This document shows positions 14,608-24,142 of a stretch of 64,000 nt of DNA, in pieces. Made by a program: the position numbers and the translations under genes. Numbering within the stretch: position 1 is the stretch's first letter; each line of letters begins with the position of its first letter. The notes below the pieces were generated by a model, which saw nothing but the letters and a program-made list of their open reading frames with translations, was not told where the DNA came from and ran no database searches. The DNA is from a virus. The stretch covers positions 68,999 through 132,998 of IMG/VR virus record IMGVR_UViG_3300006033_000016; one strand, 5' to 3'.

Positions 14608-16899
14608 TCACTCAGTAAGCAAACGACTAACGTGATTCTCCATCTTTACAGTCCACACCTGGTCATAGCGACGAAGAGATGACATGTCGTGGTCATGAGA
14701 AGTTACTAGCACAGTTCCCATATTGAAGTCCCTTAGGACTTCGAAGCATGCCTCTCTTCCCTTCTTATCGAGGTCACGAAACGGTTCGTCACAAATCAGT
14801 AGATTTGTGGTATTTCTACCCATCTTGGCAAAAGCAAAGATGATCGCCAATCCTACTCGCTTGGCTTGGCCGCCACTTATCAATGTGAGAGGGATAGACC
14901 TGTCCCCTTTGCGAAACATCAGGTCAAATCCGTCAGCATCGTCAGTAACCTCTAACTGTATAGATCCTCCGGGGAACAACTGATTCAGGTACACGGGAAG
15001 AACGGTGCTTAGTAGTTGGGTGCTGTCCCTTAGAGCAGCCTTCCGAAGGTCGTCCAACGTGATATTCAGATATCGAAGCACACGGGATCTATTTTTCTCA
15101 GCAGAAGAAGAGTTCAGACTTCGAGTGATTTCGCTTTTTTGCTTCTTAAGAGAAGAGACTCTAACAGACATCTCCTTGACTCGAATTAGCTCTGCGTTGG
15201 TATCTGAAAGGCGCTCAGTCATATCAGCCACAGACGACATAGAGCGCTGAAGCGCGTGCGGATCAAAGAACGTGTCCCCGTGTTTAAGGGACCAGGCATA
15301 TGCCTTCTCCAGAAGGAGCAAGGAGGAAGACAGTTCCTCTATACGTGTCTCATAGTGAGAAACCGAGCCAGAGACAGGAGGAATCTCAGACAATTGGTCT
15401 AGCACAGATCTATACTTGGATAAAGAGCTAAGAGAAGTACGCAAGGTGGAACGAAGTTTCCTGAGGTCCGCTATTTCTTTTTGAAGAGTCACCAAATCGT
15501 CAGAAGGGAGGAGGTCTTCCAACTCTATAAGAACTTCCGCACGTTTATTTGCAGCGGCCAATCTATCTTCATAATGAGACAACGCAGTGACTGCGTTATT
15601 ACGCAAAGACGAAAGCTCAGCCAGAGCATCCTGTCTTTCCTTAAGCATGGCAGATTTAGACTGTGCATCGATGGGCCGAAGACAGGCGTAGCACACGTCT
15701 TCAAGAGACTCTAGCTTAGACAGTTCTGACTTTAGGGAAGATGCGGTTCCCTTAAGTTCGGATAACTTTCCTGACCACTTTTCTACTCTAGACGAGAGTA
15801 CAGCCACGGATAACTCGTCGGAAGGAATAGACTGAAGTTTTTCCAAAAGCTTGTGCTTTCGCTCCACTTCCGGCAAGATCGACTCTCTAGCCTCTAACTT
15901 TGATTCCGTAGAATAAAGCTTGGACTCTATATCTCCCATATCTTCTAGTGACAGAGACAGGTCGTCCGTCAAAGAGGAAAGAGCGGACTCCAATTTGTTT
16001 CTCTTTAGAAGATTTTGTAAGTCCTGCCTATGAGAGTCAAGCGAAGATCTCACCGAATCAACCTTAGACTTGAGTGTGGAAGACTCAAGCTTTATTCCAT
16101 GCGGTTTCAGCTTTTTCTTCCACTCAGATCTCTCCTCTGCAAATGAACGAGCTAACTCATGCCTTTCCAGCTCAACACGCAGAGATACCAACTGGTCTTG
16201 AATGTCAGAATGTAGAAGAGAAAGTCTAGCGTATTCTGCCTCCAGATCCTCCTCCGATGACAAGGAATCGAGGTCAGAATTTACGGAATCTAACATAGAT
16301 TGAAGCTGGGTCTCGTCAGGAAGAGGAATAGCATTGAGTCTCTTAGTCACCTCTTTCGACATAGCGTCGAGAGTGTCCAAGCCAAAAGACATGCTCAAAT
16401 ACTCTTTTTTCTGAGCTGGGGTTCCGTCTATCATCATATGAGTGTACCTTTGACTCAGGTACACTCTACCAAGGTATTCATTCCAGCTGAGACCTATTAG
16501 ACGAGAAATCATCTTCCGAGCTTCTCTTGGGTCATCTGGAGTGACGTTCACCTTATCTCTATAAATTGTCATCCCAGTTCCCTTTTTAGGGTGGGATCGA
16601 AAGTTTTCTATAACGTGAGGAACAGAATCAATATCGAGATCCAATCTAGTTAGGAACCCCTTAGGTCTGTGCATGTTCATCAGACTGGTCTTGGTCACCC
16701 TCCTATCCGTTTTTGTCAGCTTGTCGAAGAGGCTAAGGGCTAACAACTCGAAGAGGGTAGTCTTTCCAGACCCATTAGAGTCTCCTTCATCTAAGTTGCT
16801 GCCTTGGATGAAGACCAGCCCTTGGTTGTCCAAGGGCATGTCCGCGTATTCAAAGCTAAGCGCATTTTTTATCCGAAACCTCTTGAAGTCCGTCTTCAT
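14608..16899 (-). CDS. sbcC: SbcC/Rad50/gp46-like SMC ATPase
   Basis: Walker A NGSGKTT, coiled coils, zinc hook CYAC, signature ISGGQ, Walker B ICDEP, H-loop TSH. Confidence 0.88.
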   Translation of the reverse strand: MKTDFKRFRIKNALSFEYADMPLDNQGLVFIQGSNLDEGDSNGSGKTTLFELLALSLFDKLTKTDRRVTKTSLMNMHRPKGFLTRLDLDIDSVPHVIENFRSHPKKGTGMTIYRDKVNVTPDDPREARKMISRLIGLSWNEYLGRVYLSQRYTHMMIDGTPAQKKEYLSMSFGLDTLDAMSKEVTKRLNAIPLPDETQLQSMLDSVNSDLDSLSSEEDLEAEYARLSLLHSDIQDQLVSLRVELERHELARSFAEERSEWKKKLKPHGIKLESSTLKSKVDSVRSSLDSHRQDLQNLLKRNKLESALSSLTDDLSLSLEDMGDIESKLYSTESKLEARESILPEVERKHKLLEKLQSIPSDELSVAVLSSRVEKWSGKLSELKGTASSLKSELSKLESLEDVCYACLRPIDAQSKSAMLKERQDALAELSSLRNNAVTALSHYEDRLAAANKRAEVLIELEDLLPSDDLVTLQKEIADLRKLRSTLRTSLSSLSKYRSVLDQLSEIPPVSGSVSHYETRIEELSSSLLLLEKAYAWSLKHGDTFFDPHALQRSMSSVADMTERLSDTNAELIRVKEMSVRVSSLKKQKSEITRSLNSSSAEKNRSRVLRYLNITLDDLRKAALRDSTQLLSTVLPVYLNQLFPGGSIQLEVTDDADGFDLMFRKGDRSIPLTLISGGQAKRVGLAIIFAFAKMGRNTTNLLICDEPFRDLDKKGREACFEVLRDFNMGTVLVTSHDHDMSSLRRYDQVWTVKMENHVSRLLTE

Positions 16900-17246
16900 G
16901 TGAGAGGTCTAGCCTTTCCGTATTTTAAGGAAGGAGTAATTCTCCTGTCTGAGCGACAAGAATAATGACTGCACACCGTAGGCCTTCTATCATAGATTGT
17001 GCACCCAGTTTCCATAGAATGGTACACACAGTACCCGTGCTCTTTTCTCTTCAGAACTCGCCTACCCGGATTAATTGGGGATTCTTGAGTCTCATAGAGG
17101 GGAGCTTCTTCATCCGTCAAATCTACAATAAGCTGGCAACAGGGGGCACGACAATAACTACAATCTGTGACTGCGTCTGCCGGAGTCTTATATACCGTGG
17201 CACGGTTGGAAGCTAACGTATCAAATATGGGAAGCCGGATAGGCAT
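16896..17246 (-). CDS. YkgJ-family CxxCxxxCC zinc/iron-chelating protein
   Basis: CSYCRAPCC...C...CTIYDRRP.VC..Y.C. Confidence 0.85.
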   Translation of the reverse strand: MPIRLPIFDTLASNRATVYKTPADAVTDCSYCRAPCCQLIVDLTDEEAPLYETQESPINPGRRVLKRKEHGYCVYHSMETGCTIYDRRPTVCSHYSCRSDRRITPSLKYGKARPLT

Positions 17247-18331
17247 TAGCTCTTTACAACCTGATAGGATTTTAGAATGGCGAGATCCAACATGTCCAAC
17301 GGATCCGAAAGATGTCTGGATTTCTGCTGTGCGTCTAGGTGTATCTCAAAAAGAGAGACCAGTTTCTCGGAGGAGACGTGCTTTGAACTAGAGTTCTTCA
17401 CAAAGTCAGACAAGGAAGGGTTGTCCACCATTCTGGGCTCTATCTTGTAGATGGTCAACTCCTTCAAAAATTTGATAATCAACCCTAGAAAATGCTCAGG
17501 GTGTTCCACCTTGCGCAAGTACACCATAGGAGTAAGCGATCCGGAAAGCATTTTATCCACGTATTTTGGGACTAAGGCATCAGGAGAAGAACCCAGAATT
17601 CCCTCAGCAATTTCCGGAAGCTGTTCTTTGGCCTCGGCTGCTGTCATATCTGGCGAGGCGGCATACAGCTGTTCAAGGAGATTTAGCGAATCTCGTGCAT
17701 GACCTGATGACAGGTCTGCTATGTAGGAAAGAATCTCTTTTCCGTACGAAATTCCCTCTTGCTTACATACCTTGTTGAGTAGACGAGTAATATCCCTTGG
17801 AGCCAACTCAGCAAGTTTGACCCAAGTAGCCCTGCTACGAATGGTGGGCAAAAGCTTGTATGGATCTGTAGTACAAAGTATAAACACAGTGTGTTTGGGC
17901 GGCTCTTCCAACATCTTAAGAAAGGCTTGAGCAGCAGGTCCTGTCAGCTGATGAAGCTCGTCCAGAATAAACACTCTGGCTTTGTATCGGGGGCTAAAGT
18001 TAGCTTGCGCTAGTATAGTCCTGACATCATCTATTCCACGAGTTTCTGCTGCATTTATCTCTGTAATATCCGGATGCTTATCCAAGCTTAGAAGGCAGGA
18101 GTTGCACTCTCCACAGGGGTCAGCTTTTCCTGCCTTACAGTTTACTGCTTTTGCAAGTATACGTGCAATAGTAGTCTTTCCGACTCCATATGGACCTGAC
18201 AAAAGAATAGTGTTTCCAGCTACCTTGGATGACTCCAGAAGACCCTGAAGCTGAGCAACGCCCTTTGGCTGTCCTACTACGTCAGAAAGAGTCCTAGGGC
18301 GATATTTGTCTACGAAACGAGTGCTCATCAA
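17246..18331 (-). CDS. dnaX: DNA polymerase III gamma/tau-like clamp loader subunit
   Basis: KYRP..L.DVVGQ, GPYGVGKTT, C..C.SC zinc module, DELH, LEEPP, TIRSR. Confidence 0.9.
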   Translation of the reverse strand: MMSTRFVDKYRPRTLSDVVGQPKGVAQLQGLLESSKVAGNTILLSGPYGVGKTTIARILAKAVNCKAGKADPCGECNSCLLSLDKHPDITEINAAETRGIDDVRTILAQANFSPRYKARVFILDELHQLTGPAAQAFLKMLEEPPKHTVFILCTTDPYKLLPTIRSRATWVKLAELAPRDITRLLNKVCKQEGISYGKEILSYIADLSSGHARDSLNLLEQLYAASPDMTAAEAKEQLPEIAEGILGSSPDALVPKYVDKMLSGSLTPMVYLRKVEHPEHFLGLIIKFLKELTIYKIEPRMVDNPSLSDFVKNSSSKHVSSEKLVSLFEIHLDAQQKSRHLSDPLDMLDLAILKSYQVVKS

Positions 18332-19398
18332 GCTACCTGTGCCTTATAGGTGGTGTAACGAGAAAGAAGATGCTTGCGCACATCTGCCTGCGATAGGTTG
18401 AAGTAGTCGCAGGCTAGCTTTACAAGCTTCTTAGGTTTGGACAAGAGGTCATCAATACTTGTTTCGTGTTCCTTCAGCAGCCAAAGTTCGAATTCATCGT
18501 GAGAGGACCCAGAGAACACAAGATCAATGAGATCTTGAAGCGGAGAGGGAGCATCCTTTTTAAGGGTTTCTATCAATCCCCTGGCTTGAAGCATGTCCTC
18601 TGCAGTGTACCTAATTTTACCAAGGTCCTGAACAGGAAGACCTTCTGTAGAAACAGTAGTCAAAGAATAATCGGCAACAGACTGACTGCATCTTTGCGGT
18701 TTGTCAGTAAGACAAAATATACAAGTTCCGCACCCAGTAGTGATATTCTTTACGCAGGCCCTGGATTCAGACGTGAAATGCTGTATTAGATTTATTGCGT
18801 GATTCTGAATAGAGGCCTTGGCATAATTCTCGATCAGAGGAATGTTTTTTGTGTGCTCATACGTTCTAACGACTTGAAGTCCCTGGGCCAGTAACTCTCC
18901 TCGTAAATCTGCCAAGTCAAACGACTTATCATTGTCGGCCAAAAATCTAAGTCTGAGGTAGGCTACCTTGCCACAGTATTTATCTAGACGAGAAGTAAGG
19001 TCTGTTAACTCTTTCTTGGTCAAGAAGTCGTAACAGTCTTCCGCAGAGAGAGAAGCAGACAATGAAGTCTTATCTTCGTCTGAAAGGGCCTTCCAGAAAA
19101 GAAGCATAGCATCCAAGTCAGCGTTGTATTTATTTGCTGAGTCTTCGAAAGAGGAGCCAGAGCTAAGAGAGTCACGAACTGCACGCCACACTTTCTTACA
19201 CTCGAAAGAAGATTTCAAGAAGTTTCTGACTTCGGTGTAAAATACCGTATAGGAGTCCTTAGGAAGCAACTTTATTCTATTTCTGTACTCCTTATAGGAC
19301 CCAAACAGAACAAAGTGTGAAACAGCCCTGAGAGCGATGGCCTTGTCTCTTTTTTCCATAGAGAAAAAGAACGGAAGCAAACTTTGACGAAGCATCAC
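18328..19398 (-). CDS. Putative phage sigma-factor-like protein
   Basis: DLADLRGELLAQGLQVVRTYE...NYAKASIQNHAINLI resembles sigma70 region 2; Cys cluster CGTCIFC; N-terminal domain shared with 13381-14604. Confidence 0.5.
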   Translation of the reverse strand: MMLRQSLLPFFFSMEKRDKAIALRAVSHFVLFGSYKEYRNRIKLLPKDSYTVFYTEVRNFLKSSFECKKVWRAVRDSLSSGSSFEDSANKYNADLDAMLLFWKALSDEDKTSLSASLSAEDCYDFLTKKELTDLTSRLDKYCGKVAYLRLRFLADNDKSFDLADLRGELLAQGLQVVRTYEHTKNIPLIENYAKASIQNHAINLIQHFTSESRACVKNITTGCGTCIFCLTDKPQRCSQSVADYSLTTVSTEGLPVQDLGKIRYTAEDMLQARGLIETLKKDAPSPLQDLIDLVFSGSSHDEFELWLLKEHETSIDDLLSKPKKLVKLACDYFNLSQADVRKHLLSRYTTYKAQVA

Positions 19399-19934
19399 CC
19401 CTCCTTGGCTATCTTGTGAAACTCTGGAGAATACATGTAAGAACCGTGGTTAGTAGTCTTTCGACGACAGAACGAAGTGGGCACAGGAGAATGAAACAAA
19501 CAGTGCCCTATATCTGCCTGAAAGAAATCTTTCACAGACGGGGAAACAATGACGTCTGTTACCCTCCAAGAAGAAGACAATCCTGTAACATGCTGGGCAA
19601 ACAAAAAGTGAATCCCCATGGATTCGTACGAATCCCTCAACGACATAGAAGAGTACTTGGAAGAGTCTCCGGACCAAACTCCGAGTAAACGAACTGTTCG
19701 ATCAAAAAACTCAACAGCCCTTTTTTCTTTCTTGGACTTTTCTCCGAGAACAAGTACTACAGGAACAGAATAGGTAGGAGCAGGATCCTTACTTGGTAAG
19801 AGCAAAGATCCGGTGTGACTCTCTGTTAGAGGATGTAAGAATAATCCTTTTCTTACTTTCTTTGCAGAAGAATTCAAGGATTTGAGATCTAGCGTAGTCA
19901 GTATCAAGATGCCACCAAAAAAGATCGCACCCAA
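19395..19934 (-). CDS. Hypothetical protein (true start probably TTG at 19907)
   Basis: ORF fills the gap between overlapping neighbours. Confidence 0.65.
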   Translation of the reverse strand: MGAIFFGGILILTTLDLKSLNSSAKKVRKGLFLHPLTESHTGSLLLPSKDPAPTYSVPVVLVLGEKSKKEKRAVEFFDRTVRLLGVWSGDSSKYSSMSLRDSYESMGIHFLFAQHVTGLSSSWRVTDVIVSPSVKDFFQADIGHCLFHSPVPTSFCRRKTTNHGSYMYSPEFHKIAKEG

Positions 19935-21115
19935 GAAAAAAGCTCACTGCGTCCTGCTGTAAGCGGAATTTCTGGAAGTGAATCTTTCTCCAAGTAACAC
20001 AATCTGAGTAATGCGTCCAGCACAATAGAGCAGTAACCATCCTCATCCAAAACAGAAGAGGACAAAAGGTCAGTAGCGCCAATAAGAAACTCTCGGAGCA
20101 CCTTAGGTTCGTGCACAGAAGGTATCTGAGCTTTTACAGTGCTTATCCAAGCAGGCCTGTCGTTGACATCAGCACGTAGAAGATCCAGCAGACCCAAGGT
20201 AGTCACAAGCTTGTCCTGCAGCCTGAAACCAGAGACGACTCGTGTAAGTTGAATAGACACTGTCTTAGGATCTATGTGTGACTTGCACATGCCAGTAATT
20301 TCTGGAATCAAGGAAGACAATATAGATACCCTAGAACTATCCTTCATAGGGTAGCCTAGTGACGCAAGAGCTTCACTAGCAGAAAGCAAGTCAACCATGT
20401 ACCTGGCCTGTCTTGGGGTGACATGAAGCTTAATTTCTGTACGTAGTATGCTAACAACTTTTGTGACCAGCTCTCTCAAAGGTGTGGACTCTTCTGGTGA
20501 CCTCAGGCGTACCCGCGCGGAATCCAGCAGTTCCCTAAATTCCTGCAGAGAAGAATGGGGCGCTCTTTCCACCAAGGAAGAGGGAAGGGAGAGGACGCGA
20601 AGTAGCTCCGAATCAGACAGGAAGGAAGGAAGAGATATCACTGAGAATCTAGAAACCACCGCAGGATCTAGGTAAACGGTGTCATACCCAGACCCTGGTG
20701 GATTAGCGGCGGCAAAAACTAATTGAAGGGGGGTCTGCCTGCCCATGACCTTTCTTGTCCGTACTATTTCCATTACTTTGGAAGACACAAATGGATTAGC
20801 TCGGTTTATCTCGTCGAAAAGAACGCTGTCCGCATTCCAGATAGATATAGGGGTTGGAACGTAACCTATCTCTATTCCCTCCTTCATTGAATAAGGATTT
20901 GGATACCCCAACAAGTCTTCAGTCTGGATAAGACGAGTGTCGTAAGGCTGGAAACGAGCCGAAGACCCTAGGGCTGCGTAGGTAAGTATCTCCGCTCCCT
21001 CTGTTTTGTTGTGTCCGTGAGTGCCAACGAATAGTATAGGAAACCGAGCCACGAGACAAGATAGTACCACGGGCTCGATGTCTCCCCACCCAACGATACC
21101 TATTGTTTCAAGCAT
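19904..21115 (-). CDS. MoxR-like AAA+ ATPase
   Basis: GTHGHNKT (Walker A variant), FDEINRA, AANP, LDPAVVSRF. Confidence 0.85.
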   Translation of the reverse strand: MLETIGIVGWGDIEPVVLSCLVARFPILFVGTHGHNKTEGAEILTYAALGSSARFQPYDTRLIQTEDLLGYPNPYSMKEGIEIGYVPTPISIWNADSVLFDEINRANPFVSSKVMEIVRTRKVMGRQTPLQLVFAAANPPGSGYDTVYLDPAVVSRFSVISLPSFLSDSELLRVLSLPSSLVERAPHSSLQEFRELLDSARVRLRSPEESTPLRELVTKVVSILRTEIKLHVTPRQARYMVDLLSASEALASLGYPMKDSSRVSILSSLIPEITGMCKSHIDPKTVSIQLTRVVSGFRLQDKLVTTLGLLDLLRADVNDRPAWISTVKAQIPSVHEPKVLREFLIGATDLLSSSVLDEDGYCSIVLDALLRLCYLEKDSLPEIPLTAGRSELFSWVRSFLVAS

Positions 21116-22568
21116 ATCGAGCCGGAAGTGTGAGAGTGAAGGTAGCCATAGAGTTGAACCCGCACTTTTTAGATGAATCCTGAGTCTGTAGCAGGTATAA
21201 AGAACGAAGTGATTGCTTTAACTCTTTCCTAAGATCTGGAGAAATGCTATCGGTGTTGTCTGTAACTACTATCACATCATGGTATCCGTTATCCAGAATA
21301 TGACGTGCCACTGAGTCATAGCACGTTCCGCCTGTAGTTCGTATGAAGGTGTCGGAGGGATCCACAGATACTACCTCTGTGGAGAACTGAAAGTGCTCAT
21401 CAACGTAATCTGAGAGGTACCTGTGTACAAAAAAGACTACAGGGAAGACATCTGACATAGACCCGGATACGTCAAAGTAAAGCTTAAGCTTCCTCTGTAC
21501 CATGGGCAGTTCTACTGTCCAACTCAGGGGGTCCACGTCGGCAGCTAGGTAGAATACGTCCCGTCGATGAAGAGCTTGCAGTGATCCAGTCTTGCCTATG
21601 AGCACAGGATCTTGGCCAAAAGTAGATATGATGTCACTGGCCAAGTTGGAGGACACCACATCCTCCAATTTCTGCAAAAAATCCAAAGACTGAAGCAAGT
21701 CGAGGCAGTCAGAAGGGACAGTATCAGGAGTAAAGGAGCGAAGAATTCTCTCAAGGGCAGGATCGATGTCTCCTGGATACCTGAGGGTCTGAGGAAATGA
21801 GTCTTTTCCCGAGTCCTTGGCGTACTTAGCGGCGAGAGGGGTACTGTTCTTATTTGAGGAGGAAGAGGTACCTGCTAGATCGTCCAGTATGTCTCTGAGT
21901 TTTCCATCCTGGGGAGGAGAACTCCTCTCCAAAGCCAGGCCGATTTGCATCCATGAGGTGTATGGTATGCAAAGAGACAGAGGAGATTCACTACGGTGCG
22001 TTCGAGTCAACAAAGAGAATAGAGACGCAGGAAGAGAAAACCTTAGCCAGTCGATGTTTTTAGAGTACCATAAGGGAAAGTTCTGAAGCTGAAGGTCTCT
22101 ATACCTAGTAGTAGATTTTTGATACAACCTTTTGCACAGGTCTGACTCTATCATAGTAGCCACGGAATCGTTTATGTACTGGTCCTCCCACATGTTACCG
22201 AAGTCAAAAGAGGAAAAGGACTCAATCCAGGATCCGTGTACCAATTCTATAAGAACGTGGCCTCGCTCATGCAATAAGACAAAGAACAAATCTGTCAGGT
22301 CCTGCAGGCTAAGAAAGAAATCTACGCCCAGAACCATTGTACCCGTATCCACTTCCATGTGAGCGGTCTGAACCTGAGAATCAAACTCTAAGTTTCTAAC
22401 AAAGCTCAGGGAATGATGCAAAGGAGAATTGGATTTGGATATGCTAGACCAATGGAAAAGGGAGTCGGTAGAATACAGCAGTGACAAAAGCGCCTGTGAC
22501 GCTTCCTCCAATTCGCCTCTCTCTAGATGAGTACGGATTTCCTTCACAGAACACCTTGTGGATAGCAC
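21108..22568 (-). CDS. Metallopeptidase-like (HExxH) plus vWA-like protein, MoxR partner
   Basis: LLHERGH...D.YIN N-terminally; FDVSGSM, GGT, VVTD C-terminally. Confidence 0.8.
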   Translation of the reverse strand: MLSTRCSVKEIRTHLERGELEEASQALLSLLYSTDSLFHWSSISKSNSPLHHSLSFVRNLEFDSQVQTAHMEVDTGTMVLGVDFFLSLQDLTDLFFVLLHERGHVLIELVHGSWIESFSSFDFGNMWEDQYINDSVATMIESDLCKRLYQKSTTRYRDLQLQNFPLWYSKNIDWLRFSLPASLFSLLTRTHRSESPLSLCIPYTSWMQIGLALERSSPPQDGKLRDILDDLAGTSSSSNKNSTPLAAKYAKDSGKDSFPQTLRYPGDIDPALERILRSFTPDTVPSDCLDLLQSLDFLQKLEDVVSSNLASDIISTFGQDPVLIGKTGSLQALHRRDVFYLAADVDPLSWTVELPMVQRKLKLYFDVSGSMSDVFPVVFFVHRYLSDYVDEHFQFSTEVVSVDPSDTFIRTTGGTCYDSVARHILDNGYHDVIVVTDNTDSISPDLRKELKQSLRSLYLLQTQDSSKKCGFNSMATFTLTLPARYA

Positions 22569-22581
22569 TATGTACAGGGTT
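22566..22581 (-). promoter_or_regulatory. Conserved 16-bp motif copy (AACCCTGTACATAGTG)
   Basis: At the junction of two genes. Confidence 0.45.
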
Positions 22582-23095
22582 CGGGCAAAATCCTTTCAAA
22601 CATGGAAGATATTCCAATAACGTTTGATTCATACGAAGAGAGCAATATGTCCCTGTCTATGGGATCCATACCATCTATATCAGAAATCTCATGATAAGAA
22701 GCTTCTTCTACCCATCCAGGTTCCTGTACCCGCATCAGAGAGCGCAAAGAGCTGGAATTAGCTTTCTGTAGCTCCACTACCAAAAAAGAGGTGTCAGGAG
22801 ACGAAAGAGAAGTTACCTCGGCCAGCAGAATGGCCAAGTCCGCAGAAATTAATCTGGCTTCGTATCTAGACGCCTCAATAAAAGAAGACGTAGTAGAGTA
22901 AGACCACCCAAATAAAAAAGATCCCTCAGAGGGGCTTACCACTAAAGTCGAGGGAGGAAAAGACATTCTCTTGTCTCTTCTGTAAGACCACAAGAGAGAT
23001 CTTAACTTGGACTCTATGTAAGGGAAGAAGTCCTCTTTGTTAGTAAACTTGTGTATGTTTTTGAAGGGAGAGCTGTTTAGGGAGAAGCGCATCAA
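22568..23095 (-). CDS. Hypothetical protein
   Basis: 175-aa ORF in operon. Confidence 0.7.
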   Translation of the reverse strand: MMRFSLNSSPFKNIHKFTNKEDFFPYIESKLRSLLWSYRRDKRMSFPPSTLVVSPSEGSFLFGWSYSTTSSFIEASRYEARLISADLAILLAEVTSLSSPDTSFLVVELQKANSSSLRSLMRVQEPGWVEEASYHEISDIDGMDPIDRDILLSSYESNVIGISSMFERILPEPCT

Positions 23096-23403
23096 CGAAT
23101 CTTTACCATACGAAACAGCTTTCCTTCTGTCAACTTCCTAGTAAGCTTTTTGCTTACCTCGTTCGGCCACACAAAGTTATCCCCATACCCCTGGTTCCTG
23201 GCGTGGACGGTGTAGCTCAAAGACTGAAACCTCTTTAGGTCACGGTTCCACACGATAGACGACACGGCGTTTCCGTTGAGGTACGTCCTAAAGTGATTAT
23301 TTCCCTTTTCGTCGTCACCAAGGTACACCGTAGCGTAGTGTCGCTGATCTATTGTGGCTTGCACTGCCACAATATTTAGAGTAAGTCGCCTAAAATCAGC
23401 CAT
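23092..23403 (-). CDS. Hypothetical protein
   Basis: 103-aa ORF. Confidence 0.75.
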   Translation of the reverse strand: MADFRRLTLNIVAVQATIDQRHYATVYLGDDEKGNNHFRTYLNGNAVSSIVWNRDLKRFQSLSYTVHARNQGYGDNFVWPNEVSKKLTRKLTEGKLFRMVKIR

Positions 23404-23437
23404 GGATCACCACAAATAATAACAAATGACAACTAAT

Positions 23438-23902
23438 CTACCGTCGAAGGTGAGATAACACTACGCGAGAAACGTACTCTGAAATGCTGAGTCTCTTTCC
23501 GTTAACCTTGTAATCATGTACCCTTGTCTTCAATTTATGGTACTCTGCCTTTGGAATCAGTACTTCTACCATTACGTGGTCTTTTCCCGACCCATATTCT
23601 TTAGCAGTCTGGGATGAAGACATTTCTTCTTGCACTACTTCCATAAGTCTGCTTCTTTGCGCAGGAGAAGAGTAGGAAGAGTGAACTAAGTCGGAGGCGG
23701 GTCCTACCTTTCCAGCCTGCATTAGCTGAGATACTCTGTGTACCAGCTGATGAGCGTTGGCGCATAGCCAGACCAGGTTATCGTTTTCGTCCCCACCACC
23801 TGCGTGACGCGGCCTTTTATGATGCACATGACAGGTAGCTCGCGGGTAGTACTTACCCTCTATGTAGCAGATTACTATCTGATTTGGGTCCGTCACCGTC
23901 AC
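23438..23902 (-). CDS. HNH-domain protein, possibly with a C-terminal DNA-binding domain
   Basis: HVHHKRPRHAGGGD..DNLVWLCANAHQLVH. Confidence 0.8.
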   Translation of the reverse strand: MTVTDPNQIVICYIEGKYYPRATCHVHHKRPRHAGGGDENDNLVWLCANAHQLVHRVSQLMQAGKVGPASDLVHSSYSSPAQRSRLMEVVQEEMSSSQTAKEYGSGKDHVMVEVLIPKAEYHKLKTRVHDYKVNGKRLSISEYVSRVVLSHLRR

Positions 23903-24129
23903 TCAAGAATCTTCAAATGTCCTTTGTTGAACATTTCTTTTAAGTTAGGAGACTTTCTCAACTGCGCTATGGTAGCAAATTGCAGAAGATCAACAGTGGA
24001 TCCTGGACGAATAACATGATATTGCATTTGATTTCGTTCGTTCTTCCAGTAGACCAAGACCTCAGCAGTAGATCTATTGAATACTGTACAGGACCCTCCT
24101 GCCAGAGATTTGAGTAATTTTGCAGACAT
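23899..24129 (-). CDS. Hypothetical protein
   Basis: 76-aa ORF with GAGG Shine-Dalgarno. Confidence 0.7.
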   Translation of the reverse strand: MSAKLLKSLAGGSCTVFNRSTAEVLVYWKNERNQMQYHVIRPGSTVDLLQFATIAQLRKSPNLKEMFNKGHLKILE

Positions 24130-24142
24130 CTAATACCTCTTT

